DNA of 64,000 nucleotides, from contig CAWIIV010000015.1 in the NCBI GenBank assembly GCA_963836205.1, positions 320,001-384,000 of the forward strand, given 5' to 3'. How positions within the stretch are numbered: the stretch's first letter is position 1; each line of letters begins with the position of its first letter. Of this stretch, positions 10,548 through 20,593 are shown piece by piece. The notes under the pieces were generated by a model, which did not search any database, was not told the DNA's origin, and saw only the letters and a list, made by a program, of their open reading frames with translations. The position numbers and the translations under genes were made by a program. The stretch is from an uncultured Acidimicrobiia bacterium. GTDB taxonomy: Bacteria; Actinomycetota; Acidimicrobiia; Acidimicrobiales; AC-14.

Positions 10548-11117
10548 GTGAGCCGACTCTCCCGCGTCCGGGCCGACGTCGCCCGCTTCGACGACGCCGC
10601 CGACCGGGTCTTCGACCGCCTGCGGGGCCGGCGAGTGCCCGACAAGGTCTTCTACGTGGCGTCCGACCTGGGCGACTTCAGCCTGGTGTGGATGATCCTG
10701 GGCGCACTGCGGGGACTGCGGTCGGAACGGGACTGGCACGCCGCGCTGCGTTTGGGCGCGGCCGCGGGGGCGGAGTCGTTCCTGGTCAACTGGGTCGTGA
10801 AGTCGTTCTTCCGCCGCACCCGTCCGGTCGTGGAGATGGAACACCCGCACCACCTGCGTGTCCCCCTGACCAGCAGCTTTCCCAGCGGCCACGCCACCTC
10901 CGCCTTCAGCGCGGCCCTCCTGCTGAGCGACGACGACGTGCTGTGGCCCCTCTACTACGCGGTGGCCGTCGTGGTGGCCGCCAGCCGGGTGCACGTGCGC
11001 ATCCACCATGCGTCCGATGTGGCCGCGGGGGCGGTGTTGGGCACCGCCTTCGGATTGGTGGTCCGCCGCATCTACCCGCTGCCCCCCGCTCGGACGGTGG
11101 TACCACCGATGGGGTGA
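10548..11117 (+). CDS. PAP2 family phosphatase
   Basis: KSFFRRTRP, SFPSGH, SRVHVRIHHASD. Confidence 0.9.
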   Translation: MSRLSRVRADVARFDDAADRVFDRLRGRRVPDKVFYVASDLGDFSLVWMILGALRGLRSERDWHAALRLGAAAGAESFLVNWVVKSFFRRTRPVVEMEHPHHLRVPLTSSFPSGHATSAFSAALLLSDDDVLWPLYYAVAVVVAASRVHVRIHHASDVAAGAVLGTAFGLVVRRIYPLPPARTVVPPMG

Positions 11118-11122
11118 CGGGG

Positions 11123-11311
11123 TTAGTTGACCCCGACCGCCTCGAGGTCGTCGATCACGGGCGCCTGCGAGGCGAGCACCGATCGCATGTCGAGCAGGAG
11201 GTCGGAAACCTCGGCCGTCGACACCAGCTCACGGCTGTGCATCCATCCAAGGCTCTTGTCGATGATCCGAAGCGCCTCGGAAATGGCATCTCTGTCGATC
11301 GTGGTGCTCAT
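11123..11311 (-). CDS. Small hypothetical protein
   Basis: MSTTIDRDAISEALRIIDKSL...; GGAG upstream, host-like codon usage. Confidence 0.65.
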   Translation of the reverse strand: MSTTIDRDAISEALRIIDKSLGWMHSRELVSTAEVSDLLLDMRSVLASQAPVIDDLEAVGVN

Positions 11312-11483
11312 CTCATCTGCTCCTAACACCGGACGGTGTGCCCTGTTCCCATTTTCTCGTCACGGCCGTATGCCGGCTTGAGCCCTGTGTGGGGCCCACC
11401 CTAGCCAGTGCTGGTTTCGAGTGTGTTTCGTTTGCGAAACGGCTCGCTTCTTGTTGTCTCACCCTCCTGCCATGGTTCTAACC

Positions 11484-11642
11484 ATGAACGAGCAACTTCT
11501 CCTGGTCCTCCCCGACGAGCGACCGTGGCGGCTCGACGACGAAACCCGCGAAATCGGTCGCCGGGGGGTCCAGGAGGCCCGGGCCGCTCTCCGCCGGGCG
11601 GCGGCCGACGAGCACCGGCGAACCCGTCCCGCCGCCGCCTGA
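11484..11642 (+). CDS. Small hypothetical protein
   Basis: MNEQLLLVLPDERPWRLDDETREIGRRGVQEARAAL. Confidence 0.55.
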   Translation: MNEQLLLVLPDERPWRLDDETREIGRRGVQEARAALRRAAADEHRRTRPAAA

Positions 11643-11716
11643 GCATCGCCGGTATGGTGGCGCCACCGGCCGGCGCCGACGCTTCCCCCTCGCAGCCCCC
11701 GCTCGGAGACGCGCCC

Positions 11717-12331
11717 ATGGCCACCCGCCCGATCGCCCCCTCGACCGCCGGCGAACCGCGCCCGGTACCGCCCCGCCGCCCTCGCGGGCGGGGGCCGTTG
11801 CTCGTGACCCTCATCGTCCTCGTTGCCGCCACGTCCGCCGGATGCGGGAGCGGAGGCCGGGGCGGTGGGGCTTCGGGGGTCTTTCCGCCGCCCCTCCCGC
11901 CGGTCGTCGAGTTGCCGCCCGGCCTCGACACCACCGTCGAGCGGGTGATCGACGGTGACACGCTCGTCGTCTCCGGCGGGTACCGCATCCGCCTCATCGG
12001 CGTCGACACCCCCGAGACCAAAGACCCCCGGCGCCCGATCCAGTGCTTCGGCCAGGAGGCATCGACGTTCCTCACCGACCTGTTGCCCCAGGGCACGGGC
12101 ATCCGCCTGGTGGGCGACGTGGAGGCCCGCGACATCTACGACCGCACCCTCGCCTACGCCTACCGCCTGCCCGACGGGCTGTTCGTCAACGCCGACCTCG
12201 TCCGCCAGGGCTATGCCCGCCTCCTCACGATCCCGCCCAACGTCGCCCATGCCGACGAGCTCGTCGTCCTCGCCCAGCAGGCCCGGGAGGCCGGACGGGG
12301 GTTGTGGACGGCGTGCGGGCCCGATCCCTGA
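11717..12331 (+). CDS. Thermonuclease (SNase-like) lipoprotein
   Basis: SAGC lipobox, VIDGDT, IRLIGVDTPE, DIYDRTLAY, RGLW. Confidence 0.88.
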   Translation: MATRPIAPSTAGEPRPVPPRRPRGRGPLLVTLIVLVAATSAGCGSGGRGGGASGVFPPPLPPVVELPPGLDTTVERVIDGDTLVVSGGYRIRLIGVDTPETKDPRRPIQCFGQEASTFLTDLLPQGTGIRLVGDVEARDIYDRTLAYAYRLPDGLFVNADLVRQGYARLLTIPPNVAHADELVVLAQQAREAGRGLWTACGPDP

Positions 12332-12352
12332 CCGCGGGTAGCGTCCGGCGCG

Positions 12353-13192
12353 GTGCCTTCGCTCGCGGAACGCCTCGGCCACACCCCCGACGCCCGCCTG
12401 CTCATCGTCAACTGCGACGACCTGGGCTCGAGCCACGCGGCGAACGTCGGGGTCTACGAGGCGCTGCGCGATGGTGTCGGCACTAGCGCCAGCCTGATGG
12501 TGCCCTGCCCGTGGGCCCGCGACGCGGCCGCCCGCTACCGGGGGGAGGACGTCGGCGTCCACCTCACCCTCAACGCCGAGCACGACCTCTACCGGTGGGG
12601 TCCGATCACCCACGCCCCGTCGCTTCTCGACGGCGACGGCGGGTTCCCTCGCACCCGCGACGACCTGTGGGACCACGCCGACCTCGACGAGGTCCGCCGG
12701 GAGTGCCGGGCCCAGGTCGAGCGGGCCATCCTCTGGGGCTTCGACGTCAGCCACCTCGACTCCCACCTGGGCAGCCTCGAGCTGCGGCCCGAGTTCTTCG
12801 ACATCTACCTGGAGCTGGCGGTCGAATTCGGGCTGCCCTTGCGGCTGGGGTCGGCCTCCACCGAGCGGGCGGTCGGGTTCCCGTTCCGTCGGTTGGCGGA
12901 GGAGGAGGGCGTCGTCTCCCCCGACCACTTCGTGGCCGTCCGGGGCGTCGGCCGGCGGCGGGCCATCGAGCGGGCCATCGAGGAGCTGACCCCCGGCGTC
13001 ACCGAGGTGCACGTCAGCCCTGCCCTCGACACCGCCGAGCTGCGGGCCATGGCCCCCGACTGGCCGGCGCGGGTCGACGACCACGACCTCGTCACCGGGA
13101 ACAGCTCCACCCTGCGGGCGCTCGCCGCCCGCTCGGGCGTGGCGTTCGTCGGCTACCGGGAGCTGCGCGACCTCCAGCGGGCGGCGGCGTAG
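12353..13192 (+). CDS. ChbG/HpnK (YdjC) family carbohydrate deacetylase
   Basis: NCDDLG, GVHLTL, SHLDSH. Confidence 0.85.
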   Translation: MPSLAERLGHTPDARLLIVNCDDLGSSHAANVGVYEALRDGVGTSASLMVPCPWARDAAARYRGEDVGVHLTLNAEHDLYRWGPITHAPSLLDGDGGFPRTRDDLWDHADLDEVRRECRAQVERAILWGFDVSHLDSHLGSLELRPEFFDIYLELAVEFGLPLRLGSASTERAVGFPFRRLAEEEGVVSPDHFVAVRGVGRRRAIERAIEELTPGVTEVHVSPALDTAELRAMAPDWPARVDDHDLVTGNSSTLRALAARSGVAFVGYRELRDLQRAAA

Positions 13193-13240
13193 CCCCGGAC
13201 AGTGCCGGCGGGCGGGGCGCGGGGGCGGGCCGGTCGGGCG

Positions 13241-14107
13241 TCAGGCCCGGCGCAGCTCGCCCACCACCACCGGCTGCTCCAGGCTCAGGACCACTCCCCC
13301 GGCGGCCTCCTCGGTGATGGCCAGGGCCACCACCGGCCCGCTGGCCACGAAGGCGGCCGGCTCCGGTACCGAGCCGAGCAACCCGACGGAGATCTTGTTC
13401 TCGCCGACGACCGCCCACATCTGGTAGTTCCGGTCGGCGCCCAGGGGAGGCAGGTTGTTGCGGGCCAGGTAGCCCCGGCCGTCGGGGAGCATCACCGCGT
13501 CGGCGAACAGGTTCCCGTCGGGCGAGCGCAGCTCGACCTTCACTGCCGAAGGATCGGCCTGAGCGGCGTCGATGGTGCGCTCGAGCTCGTCCCGGTGGGC
13601 GCCGGCGGCGAGCTCGTCGAGGCGGCGGCCGTCCTCCACCACCTTGAGGCCGAGGACGCCGATCACGGAGGCGGCGACCGACGCGGCCGCCACCAGCGCG
13701 CCGATGCGGAGACCCACGCCCCGCCGCGCCGATCGGGGCGACGATGTCGGCCCACCGCGCCTCCGCCCTCGGTGGAGCGGGATCGGATCGGGGGCCGAGC
13801 CTGCGGCCGGAGGCGTTGGCTGTGTCGCGGCCGGCTGCGGTCGCAGGGCGTGGACGGTGGCCAGGTCGAGGGGTGGCGGGGTCTCCGCCAGCTCCTCCGC
13901 GATTCGGTCCCACACCGCCAGGGGCGCCGCGGCGAGCCCGCTGCTCAGCAGTCCGGCCACCTCGACGTGCTGCATCACCTCGGTGCGGCAGAAGTCGCAC
14001 CCGGCGAGGTGACGCTCGACCGCGTCCCGTTCGTCGGCGTCGAGCGCGTCGAGCGCGTAGACGCCCAGCAGCTCGCTCGCCTCGATGTGGTTCAACTCGT
14101 GAGCCAC
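13241..14107 (-). CDS. rskA: Anti-sigma factor RskA-like (zinc finger, TM, RskA C-domain)
   Basis: HLAGCDFC ZAS motif, TM helix, YQMW, ITEE. Confidence 0.85.
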   Translation of the reverse strand: MAHELNHIEASELLGVYALDALDADERDAVERHLAGCDFCRTEVMQHVEVAGLLSSGLAAAPLAVWDRIAEELAETPPPLDLATVHALRPQPAATQPTPPAAGSAPDPIPLHRGRRRGGPTSSPRSARRGVGLRIGALVAAASVAASVIGVLGLKVVEDGRRLDELAAGAHRDELERTIDAAQADPSAVKVELRSPDGNLFADAVMLPDGRGYLARNNLPPLGADRNYQMWAVVGENKISVGLLGSVPEPAAFVASGPVVALAITEEAAGGVVLSLEQPVVVGELRRA

Positions 14108-14799
14108 GGCTCCCCAACTCCCATCTCCACCAGGTCGGTTCGCATTCGCCGCAGGCCCGACCGGATCCGGCTCTTGACCGTACCCTCGGGCGCTCCCAGC
14201 AGCACCGCCACCTGCCGGTAGGTGTGGCCGCCGAAGTAGGCCAGCTCCACCGCCTGGCGCTCGTCGACGGGCAACGCCGCCACCACCTCCTTGACCTGCT
14301 CGGCCACGGTGAGGTCGATGACCTCCCGCTCGATGTCGTCGGAGACGGCGGGCGACTCCCGGGCGTCGCGCTCCTCCCGGCGGCGCCGGGACGTGTCCGA
14401 CCGCAACCGGTCGACCGATCGCCCGTGGGTCTGGGCCAGGAGGTAGGAGCGCAGCGAGCCCCGCTCGGCGTCGAACCGCTCGGGGCGGTTCCAGAGCCGG
14501 AGGAAGACCTCCTGGAGCACCTCCTCGGCCGTCGACCGATCGTTGAGGAGCCGGGTGGCGAGGCCGAAGGCGGCGCCCGCGTGGCGGCGGTAGGCCTCGG
14601 CCAGGGCGTCCTCCCGCCAGCGTCCGATGGCGACGACGAGGGCGGCGTCACTCACCTCCCGGAGATCGTCGCCCGGCGGACGACGGCCTCCTGGCCCGGC
14701 GCTGTCCCGCGGCTCGGCGCGATCGAGCGGCCCTTGGTGGTCCTTCGGCCCTCGGTGGTCCGGCGGCCCTCGGTGGTCCGGCGGCCCTCGGTGGTCCAT
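14092..14799 (-). CDS. sigK: ECF sigma factor SigK-like
   Basis: AEEVLQEVFLRLW, LAYFGGHTYRQVA, EGTVKSRIR; coupled to rskA; start uncertain. Confidence 0.85.
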   Translation of the reverse strand: MDHRGPPDHRGPPDHRGPKDHQGPLDRAEPRDSAGPGGRRPPGDDLREVSDAALVVAIGRWREDALAEAYRRHAGAAFGLATRLLNDRSTAEEVLQEVFLRLWNRPERFDAERGSLRSYLLAQTHGRSVDRLRSDTSRRRREERDARESPAVSDDIEREVIDLTVAEQVKEVVAALPVDERQAVELAYFGGHTYRQVAVLLGAPEGTVKSRIRSGLRRMRTDLVEMGVGEPWLTS

Positions 14800-14800
14800 C
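14729..14800. repeat. Four 18-bp tandem repeats (ggccctcggtggtccnnn) at the 5' end of the sigma gene
   Basis: Read directly; encodes DHRGPP-type units. Confidence 0.9.
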
Positions 14801-14876
14801 GACATAGCATCCCTTGTTCGGGACCGGTCCCGGGTGCGGATGTCCTGCCGGCTGACTATCTCGGCGGCCAGGCAGA

Positions 14877-15689
14877 ATGGCCGCCGTGGCCGACCCGGTG
14901 CAGTCACTCCTCCAGGAGGCGAGGGACATCGACGCCGATCGGCGGGCGGCGCTGCGCACCCTCGGCCGGGGACTGGGCGTCGTGGCCACCGGGTGCCTGG
15001 GCGGGGCGGTGGCCGGCCTGCTCTCGGGCCGCCCGGCGACAGCTCGATCCGCCCGGGGCAGGACGTCCGCAGACACCGTCCTCGACATCCAGGTGCTGCA
15101 GACGGCTTCGTCGCTCGAGACACTGCTGGTGGACCTGTACGGAGTCGCCCTCGGCACCGGCCCCCAGGGGAAGAACGCCCCCTCGGCCATGGCCCTCGCC
15201 ACCATGGCCGACACCGCGGCCCGGGACACCCTGGTGCGGCTCCTGACCGAGACTCAGTCCCAGCACCGCGAGCACCGGGTCGCCTTCCAGTCCCTCACCA
15301 CCGCCCTCGGGGGAAAGGTCCAGAACGAGGCCAACCCCAAATACCTGTCGGGGGTGGCGTCGGCCGACCTCAGCAACCCCCTGCGCCTGGTCGACTACGC
15401 CGCCGTGCTGGAGAAGATCCTCACCGACACCTACGTGGTCGACCTCACCCTGGCCGAGAACGTCAAGGCCAAGGAGACCCTCGCCAGCGTGATGGCGGTG
15501 GAGGCCCAACACCTGGCCGCCCTCCGGGTGGCGGGCGCCCTGCTGCGCGACGAGACCCCCCAGTACCTCAGGGCCCCGATCGGCGCCGATCTGGTCAACC
15601 TTCCCGCCACATTGGCCGCCATCGCCTTCCCGGAGGCTCTCGAGGAGGTCTTGGCGGTGGCCGAGCCCGAATCGGGTGCCGTCGCGTGA
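14877..15689 (+). CDS. Ferritin-like domain protein
   Basis: RRAALR Tat-like leader, SLE...Y, HREH, VEAQHLA. Confidence 0.8.
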   Translation: MAAVADPVQSLLQEARDIDADRRAALRTLGRGLGVVATGCLGGAVAGLLSGRPATARSARGRTSADTVLDIQVLQTASSLETLLVDLYGVALGTGPQGKNAPSAMALATMADTAARDTLVRLLTETQSQHREHRVAFQSLTTALGGKVQNEANPKYLSGVASADLSNPLRLVDYAAVLEKILTDTYVVDLTLAENVKAKETLASVMAVEAQHLAALRVAGALLRDETPQYLRAPIGADLVNLPATLAAIAFPEALEEVLAVAEPESGAVA

Positions 15690-16315
15690 CTCGAAGCCGA
15701 GGCCTGACCCGCCGCCGGTTCCTAGGAGTCACCGCCGCGGCCGCGGCCGCCGTCGGGGCCGGTGCCGCCTGCGGGGGCGGCGGCGGGGACGAAGAGTCCA
15801 CCGAGACCACGGCGCCGACGCGTCCGCCGCTGACCGGCGACGTGGCCGTGGCCGACCTGCACGCCCGCCTGGAGAACCTGGCCATCGAGATCTACGGCGC
15901 CCTCGTCGCCCGCGCCGCGGCCGGCACGCTCGGCGCCGTCCCCGCGCTGGTGGGGTCGGTCGTGGCCACGGCCAAGGCCCAGCACGCCGAGCACCTGGCC
16001 GTGTGGAACGAGGTGATGCGCGCAGGTGGCAAGCCTGCGGTCGTCACCCCCGACGAAGGCCTCAAGCCGACCCTCGACGCCATGCTGGCCCAGGTCGAGG
16101 ACGGGGCCGGGGCGGCCCGGCTGGCGCTCCTGGTGGAGGAGATCCTCTCCGACACCTACCTGAAGTCGATCCCCACCCTCGTCGACAAGGAGTCGGTGCG
16201 CTCGGCCGCCCTGATCCTCGCCACCGACCAGCAACACCAGGTGGTCCTGCGCCTGGCGCTGGGCGAGTTCCCCATCCCGGAGCCACTCCAGGTCCCCGAC
16301 AAGGCCGCTTCCTAG
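15686..16315 (+). CDS. Ferritin-like domain lipoprotein with Tat signal
   Basis: TRRRFL, AAC lipobox, LENLAIEIY, HAEH. Confidence 0.8.
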   Translation: MTRSRGLTRRRFLGVTAAAAAAVGAGAACGGGGGDEESTETTAPTRPPLTGDVAVADLHARLENLAIEIYGALVARAAAGTLGAVPALVGSVVATAKAQHAEHLAVWNEVMRAGGKPAVVTPDEGLKPTLDAMLAQVEDGAGAARLALLVEEILSDTYLKSIPTLVDKESVRSAALILATDQQHQVVLRLALGEFPIPEPLQVPDKAAS

Positions 16316-16330
16316 GCGACGCGGCGGGCT

Positions 16331-16723
16331 CTACACGTCGTAGTCGGTGACCTCGCGGATCTTCTCCTGGATGGCCTTGTACTCCTTGCTCTGGGTAAGG
16401 GGCAGGAGTCCCATGAGCTTGCCCATGTTGCCGGTGACCTTGATGCGGCCCTGCATGAAGGCGGCGTTGGGGTCGAGGTCGCCCTTCTGGATCCGCACCG
16501 AGTCGTCCCAGGTCAGGGAGAGGGTGAACTCGGCGTCGGGGTCGTCGCCCAGCTGCGAGGCGGTGAGCTTGCCGCTCTCGACGACCCAGTAGTAGCGGAC
16601 GTCGCCCTTGGGCCCGCCGGTGACGTTGTACTGCATGCGGGCGGTGGCCCCGGCCCGCTCGGGGAAGGTCTGGGCCAGTTCCTTCTGCTTGTCGAGCCAG
16701 GGCTGCGAGAGGTACTTCTCCAT
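16331..16723 (-). CDS. SCP2 sterol-binding domain protein
   Basis: LDPNAAFMQGRIKVTGNMGKLM. Confidence 0.88.
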   Translation of the reverse strand: MEKYLSQPWLDKQKELAQTFPERAGATARMQYNVTGGPKGDVRYYWVVESGKLTASQLGDDPDAEFTLSLTWDDSVRIQKGDLDPNAAFMQGRIKVTGNMGKLMGLLPLTQSKEYKAIQEKIREVTDYDV

Positions 16724-16750
16724 GGCCCGGGACTCTAGCGACACCGAACC

Positions 16751-17617
16751 CTAGCGCCGGGCGGGCTCCCGCAATCCGGCGAACAGGTCGTCTTCGGGGA
16801 CGGGTGCGTCGACCACCGACCGGGCCAGGATGTAATCGTCGTACGGGTAGGCGTTGCCGGCCTCGGACGGGAGCCCGAACCAGAACGGCGACGCCGGGTC
16901 GACCTGGGTGGCGTGGGCGAGGAGGGCGGCGTCGCGGATGTCGTCCTCGGGGAGGACGTCGATCCGGGTCGTGATCCGGTCGTCGAGGCCGGGGCGCGCC
17001 AGCCACTCGTCGGTGAACGGCGACTCCAGCCCCAGCTCGAGGAACTTCTCGTGCAGTGCCACCAGCCGGGCCTTGGCCCACGCCGAGTAGTACATCTTCG
17101 ACGGCTGCCAGGGCGGGCCGGCGTCGGGGTAGCGGTCGGGGTCGCCGGCGGCGTCGAAGGCCACCACGCTGATGTCGTGGACCCGCAGGTGGTCGGGGTG
17201 GGGGTAGCCGTCCTGGTCGTCGGCGTAGGTGACGATCACCTGCGGCCGTTCCCGCCGGATCACCTCCACCAGCCGGCCGACGGCCTCGCCCAGATCGGCG
17301 ACGGCGAAGCACCCGGGACGGCGATTGGCCTCGGTGCCCGCCATCCCCGAGTCGCGGTAGCCGAGCATGACCACCTCGTGGTAGCCGATGATGCCCGCGG
17401 CCCGCTCGAGCTCCTCCAGTCGCACCTCGTGCAGGCGGTCCCGAACCTCGGGAAGGTCCATGGCCGGGTTGAGGATGTCGCCCTCCTCGCCGCCGGTGGC
17501 ACAGACGAGCACGCAGCGCACACCCTCCCGGGCGTAGCGGTGGACGGTGGCCGCCCCCTTGGACGATTCGTCGTCGGGGTGGGCGTGGACGGTGAGCAGG
17601 CGGAGGTCGGCGTCCAT
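16751..17617 (-). CDS. mca: Mycothiol conjugate amidase
   Basis: VHAHPDDESSKG, TGGEEG, YRDSG, GYPHPDH, AHATQVDP. Confidence 0.92.
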   Translation of the reverse strand: MDADLRLLTVHAHPDDESSKGAATVHRYAREGVRCVLVCATGGEEGDILNPAMDLPEVRDRLHEVRLEELERAAGIIGYHEVVMLGYRDSGMAGTEANRRPGCFAVADLGEAVGRLVEVIRRERPQVIVTYADDQDGYPHPDHLRVHDISVVAFDAAGDPDRYPDAGPPWQPSKMYYSAWAKARLVALHEKFLELGLESPFTDEWLARPGLDDRITTRIDVLPEDDIRDAALLAHATQVDPASPFWFGLPSEAGNAYPYDDYILARSVVDAPVPEDDLFAGLREPARR

Positions 17618-19573
17618 TGGTAGTCAGGGGCGCGTTGCCGGCAAGGCCAGCACGTTTCCCCATCCCCCTTTCAATCCGTACGTGCGGTTTTCCCGCATAC
17701 GGCTTTCCGACGATCTTCTGGACATGGTTACGACGCCTTCGGGTAGCGAATGGTGCCCATGAGCTGATGCAGGCCCTGGCCGTGGAACCAGGTGCGGGTC
17801 CAGCAGTCTGCCTGGCCTGCCCGTAGGTTGCGGCCCCGCTTCTTGATGAGCAAGCGCTTGAGCCGCCACACGACGTGTCGGTCGAGGGAGACGAACTTAT
17901 TCGCCGCGTTGCCGGTGCGGAAGTAGTTGCCCCACCCCCGCAGGAACAGGTTGAGGTCGTAGATCACGTCCTCCAACTCCATGCCGACCCGGTTCCGGCC
18001 GGTGAGGGCCTTGACCCGCTGTCGTGCCCGCTTCATCGACCGCTGCGACGGCCAGCGGTGGAGGTAGTAGCGGATGACCCGCTGCTGTTCCCACAACCGG
18101 CCCGACATGCGGGCGTGAAGATGACAACCCAGGAAGTCGAAGCCCTCCTTGCCCTCCCGGAGGTCGACCACACGGGTCTTGTCCGGGTGCAGGCTCAGGC
18201 CGAGATCACCCAGCAGGGCCGCCGCCCTGGCCTGGGCCGTCTCGGCCTGGCTGCGGGTCGTGCACAGCACCACGAAGTCGTCCGCGTAACGGACGAGCTC
18301 GCCGGTGCCGGACTCGGCCCAGGACCGGTCGAAGGCGTGCAGGTAGATGTTGGCCAGCAGCGGGGAGATGACCCCGCCCTGGGGCGTGCCCGTGACCGTC
18401 TCGGAGCGCACCCCCTCGACCAGCACCCCGGCACGCAGCCACTGGCGGATGAGCTTGAGCACCCGCCGGTCCGACACGCGCTCGCCGACCAGTGACAGCA
18501 GCCTGTCGTGGTCGATCTGGCCGAAGAAGTCGCGGATGTCGGCCTCGAAGACGAACTGCCGTCCTCGGGGGAAGGACACCCGGATGGCTTCCAGGGCGTC
18601 GGTGGCCGACCGCTTCGGGCGGAACCCGAAGTCTGGTCGGCAGGAAGTCGGCCTCGAAGATGGGTTCGAGGACGATCTTGGCTGCCGCCTGGCACACCCG
18701 GTCGCGCACGGTGGGGATGCCCAGGGGCCGCATCCGGCCGTCGGGCTTGGGGATCTCCACCCGCCGAACAGGCGACGGGCGGTAGGTGCCTGCACGGAGG
18801 TCACGGGAAAGCTCGTCGAGCACGCGCCCGACCCCGTAGTCCTCCACCGCCTCCAGGGTCAGTCGATCGACCCCGGCGGCGCCACGATTGGCTCGCACCC
18901 GCTCCCACGCCGTCCACAGCACGTCACTGCGGTGGATTCGGTCGAACAGGGCGTGGAAGCGGCGACCCGGAGACTGCTTGGCCGCAGCCCATAGCCGGTT
19001 CTGGAGTTTTCGCACGTTGTCGGTGGGCGGCTGCCCGCCGGGGGAGTTGGGCCGGGCGTTCCCGGCCATGCCCTGGCGCTTACTTCCGTCTCCGGCGTGA
19101 CCGAAGTCGGGGCCCTTCCCTCCCGCCGGGTTCATCCCGGCGATCAGCGGTACTACGACCCCGTCGGACTCCCGCTGCGCTCCGCTCGATTTCACCACTG
19201 GCTTATACGAGCGGTCTTTGCTGACGAGGCTGCGCAGACGGGTCTCTCCTGTTCCGAACCTGACCGTGCGTACGTGCCGCTCCCCGTACCCCGAGGGGAC
19301 CCGACCAGGGGCGTGTCCGGAACGCCAGTCGGTCGGACGTGGCCTTCGCCGTGACATGAGCGGCTCGGCTCCCCCGTTGTGCGTTTGACGAGGCTGCAGG
19401 ACTCGCGCCTGGTGGCACTACGGCCCGCACGCTTGCTCCCTCCAAAGAGGCTCTTGACGCCCCGCTCAGCCCGCCGCCTCTCGGCGACGAACCGGGGCCT
19501 GCTACCGGGCTCTCCGGCGATTACCCGGGCGGGACTCGCACCCGCTGGTCTGGTCCAGTTCTCAGGACGCAAC
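17616..19573 (-). mobile_element. Group II intron
   Basis: 5' end GTTGCG; domain V GAAAGCCGTATGCGGGAAAACCGCACGTACGGATTG; domain VI ending CCCCTGACTACCAAT; internal RT gene. Confidence 0.9.
17728..19069 (-). pseudogene. ltrA: Group II intron reverse transcriptase/maturase without endonuclease domain; single frameshift near 18633
   Basis: RPLGIPTVRDR, FEADFLP/FGFRP split across frames, GTPQGGVISPLLANIYL, YADD, GWGNYF; frameshift may be a sequencing error. Confidence 0.88.
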
Positions 19574-19666
19574 ATGGCCCAACGCTACCGGGGGTCGGCC
19601 TGGTATCTGTGAGTTGTGGCCGGTGGGGAATTGTGGCCGGTGGGCGCCGACGGCCACACTCCGACT

Positions 19667-20203
19667 GTGAAAATCGCGTTCGTCGGGTCGTTCTCGACCG
19701 GCAAGACCACCCTGGCCAACCTCTTCGCCAAGGAGTGGGACCTGCCCCTGCTGCCCGAGGTCGCCCGTGAGGTGGTCAAGCTCGGGTTCCCCCTCGACAT
19801 GAGCGCCACCGCCGAGACGGAGACGCTCATCTTCCTCAAGCAGTGGCGGGCGGAGGCGGTGCACGACAAGTTCGTCGCCGACCGGTCGATCTACGACGTC
19901 CTCGCCTACGCCGACTGGGTGATGGAGCACAACGACCCGGGCCGCAAAGAGAACCACCTCTGGTACGAGTCGCGGGAGATAGCCCTCCTCGACCTGCGGG
20001 CCCGCTACGACGACGTCTTCTACCTGCCGGTGGAGTTCCCCATCGTCCTCGACGGCCTCCGCCCCGACGACACCACGTTCCAGGCCGACATCGACCGCCG
20101 CATCGTCGCCCTCCTCCACGACGCCGACGTGCAGTTCACCACCCTCACCGGCACCGTCGAGGAGCGCCAGGACCACGTCCGCCGCGTGGTGGGGCCCTCG
20201 TAA
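19667..20203 (+). CDS. P-loop nucleotide kinase-like ATPase (AAA_28/NadR-like)
   Basis: GSFSTGKT, PEVAR, DRSIYD, DGLR. Confidence 0.8.
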   Translation: MKIAFVGSFSTGKTTLANLFAKEWDLPLLPEVAREVVKLGFPLDMSATAETETLIFLKQWRAEAVHDKFVADRSIYDVLAYADWVMEHNDPGRKENHLWYESREIALLDLRARYDDVFYLPVEFPIVLDGLRPDDTTFQADIDRRIVALLHDADVQFTTLTGTVEERQDHVRRVVGPS

Positions 20204-20564
20204 GGAAGACGGCGGTCGGCGGTCGGCGGTCGCGTGCGATGGCGACGCCATCGGGCCCGCCTCTCGGATGCCAAGGCCCCACGCGTCCGCCCCTGGCCGT
20301 CCTCGTCTTCGTGGTTCCGAGGGCGGGCCAGGCGCGCGCGGGATGGCCCGTGAGCGGCGGTCCTGCGACCGGTCAGGCGGCTGGCAGGGCGGCAACGCTC
20401 CGCGATCCGCCACGCCGGCCCGGAGGACGGCAAGCCGGAACGGGAGAGTTCAAAGGTCGAACGACAGCCAATGGATCGCCTACGCACTGGGAACCAGACC
20501 GGAAATCCACGTCGTGATCACAGTGCTCCGATCACCAAGGATTTCCGCCGATTGGCTTGCGTGA

Positions 20565-20586
20565 TCGAACGTATGTTTGGTAGACT
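20565..20586 (+). promoter_or_regulatory. LexA (SOS) box followed by -10 element
   Basis: TCGAAC-GTAT-GTTTGG then TAGACT; actinobacterial consensus TCGAAC-N4-GTTCGA. Confidence 0.7.
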
Positions 20587-20593
20587 GATGATC

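Noticed and set aside
17728-19069. Retron, DGR or defence-type reverse transcriptase
   Set aside because: Domains V/VI and the maturase region identify a group II intron; no template/variable repeat pair seen.
19612-19646. Direct repeat ttgtggccggtggg x2 beside the intron 5' end
   Set aside because: Outside the intron boundary, only two copies, no function supportable.
20204-20560. Possible ncRNA or riboswitch in a long intergenic region
   Set aside because: GC-rich pairing is possible but I recognise no family motif; needs an Rfam/Infernal search.
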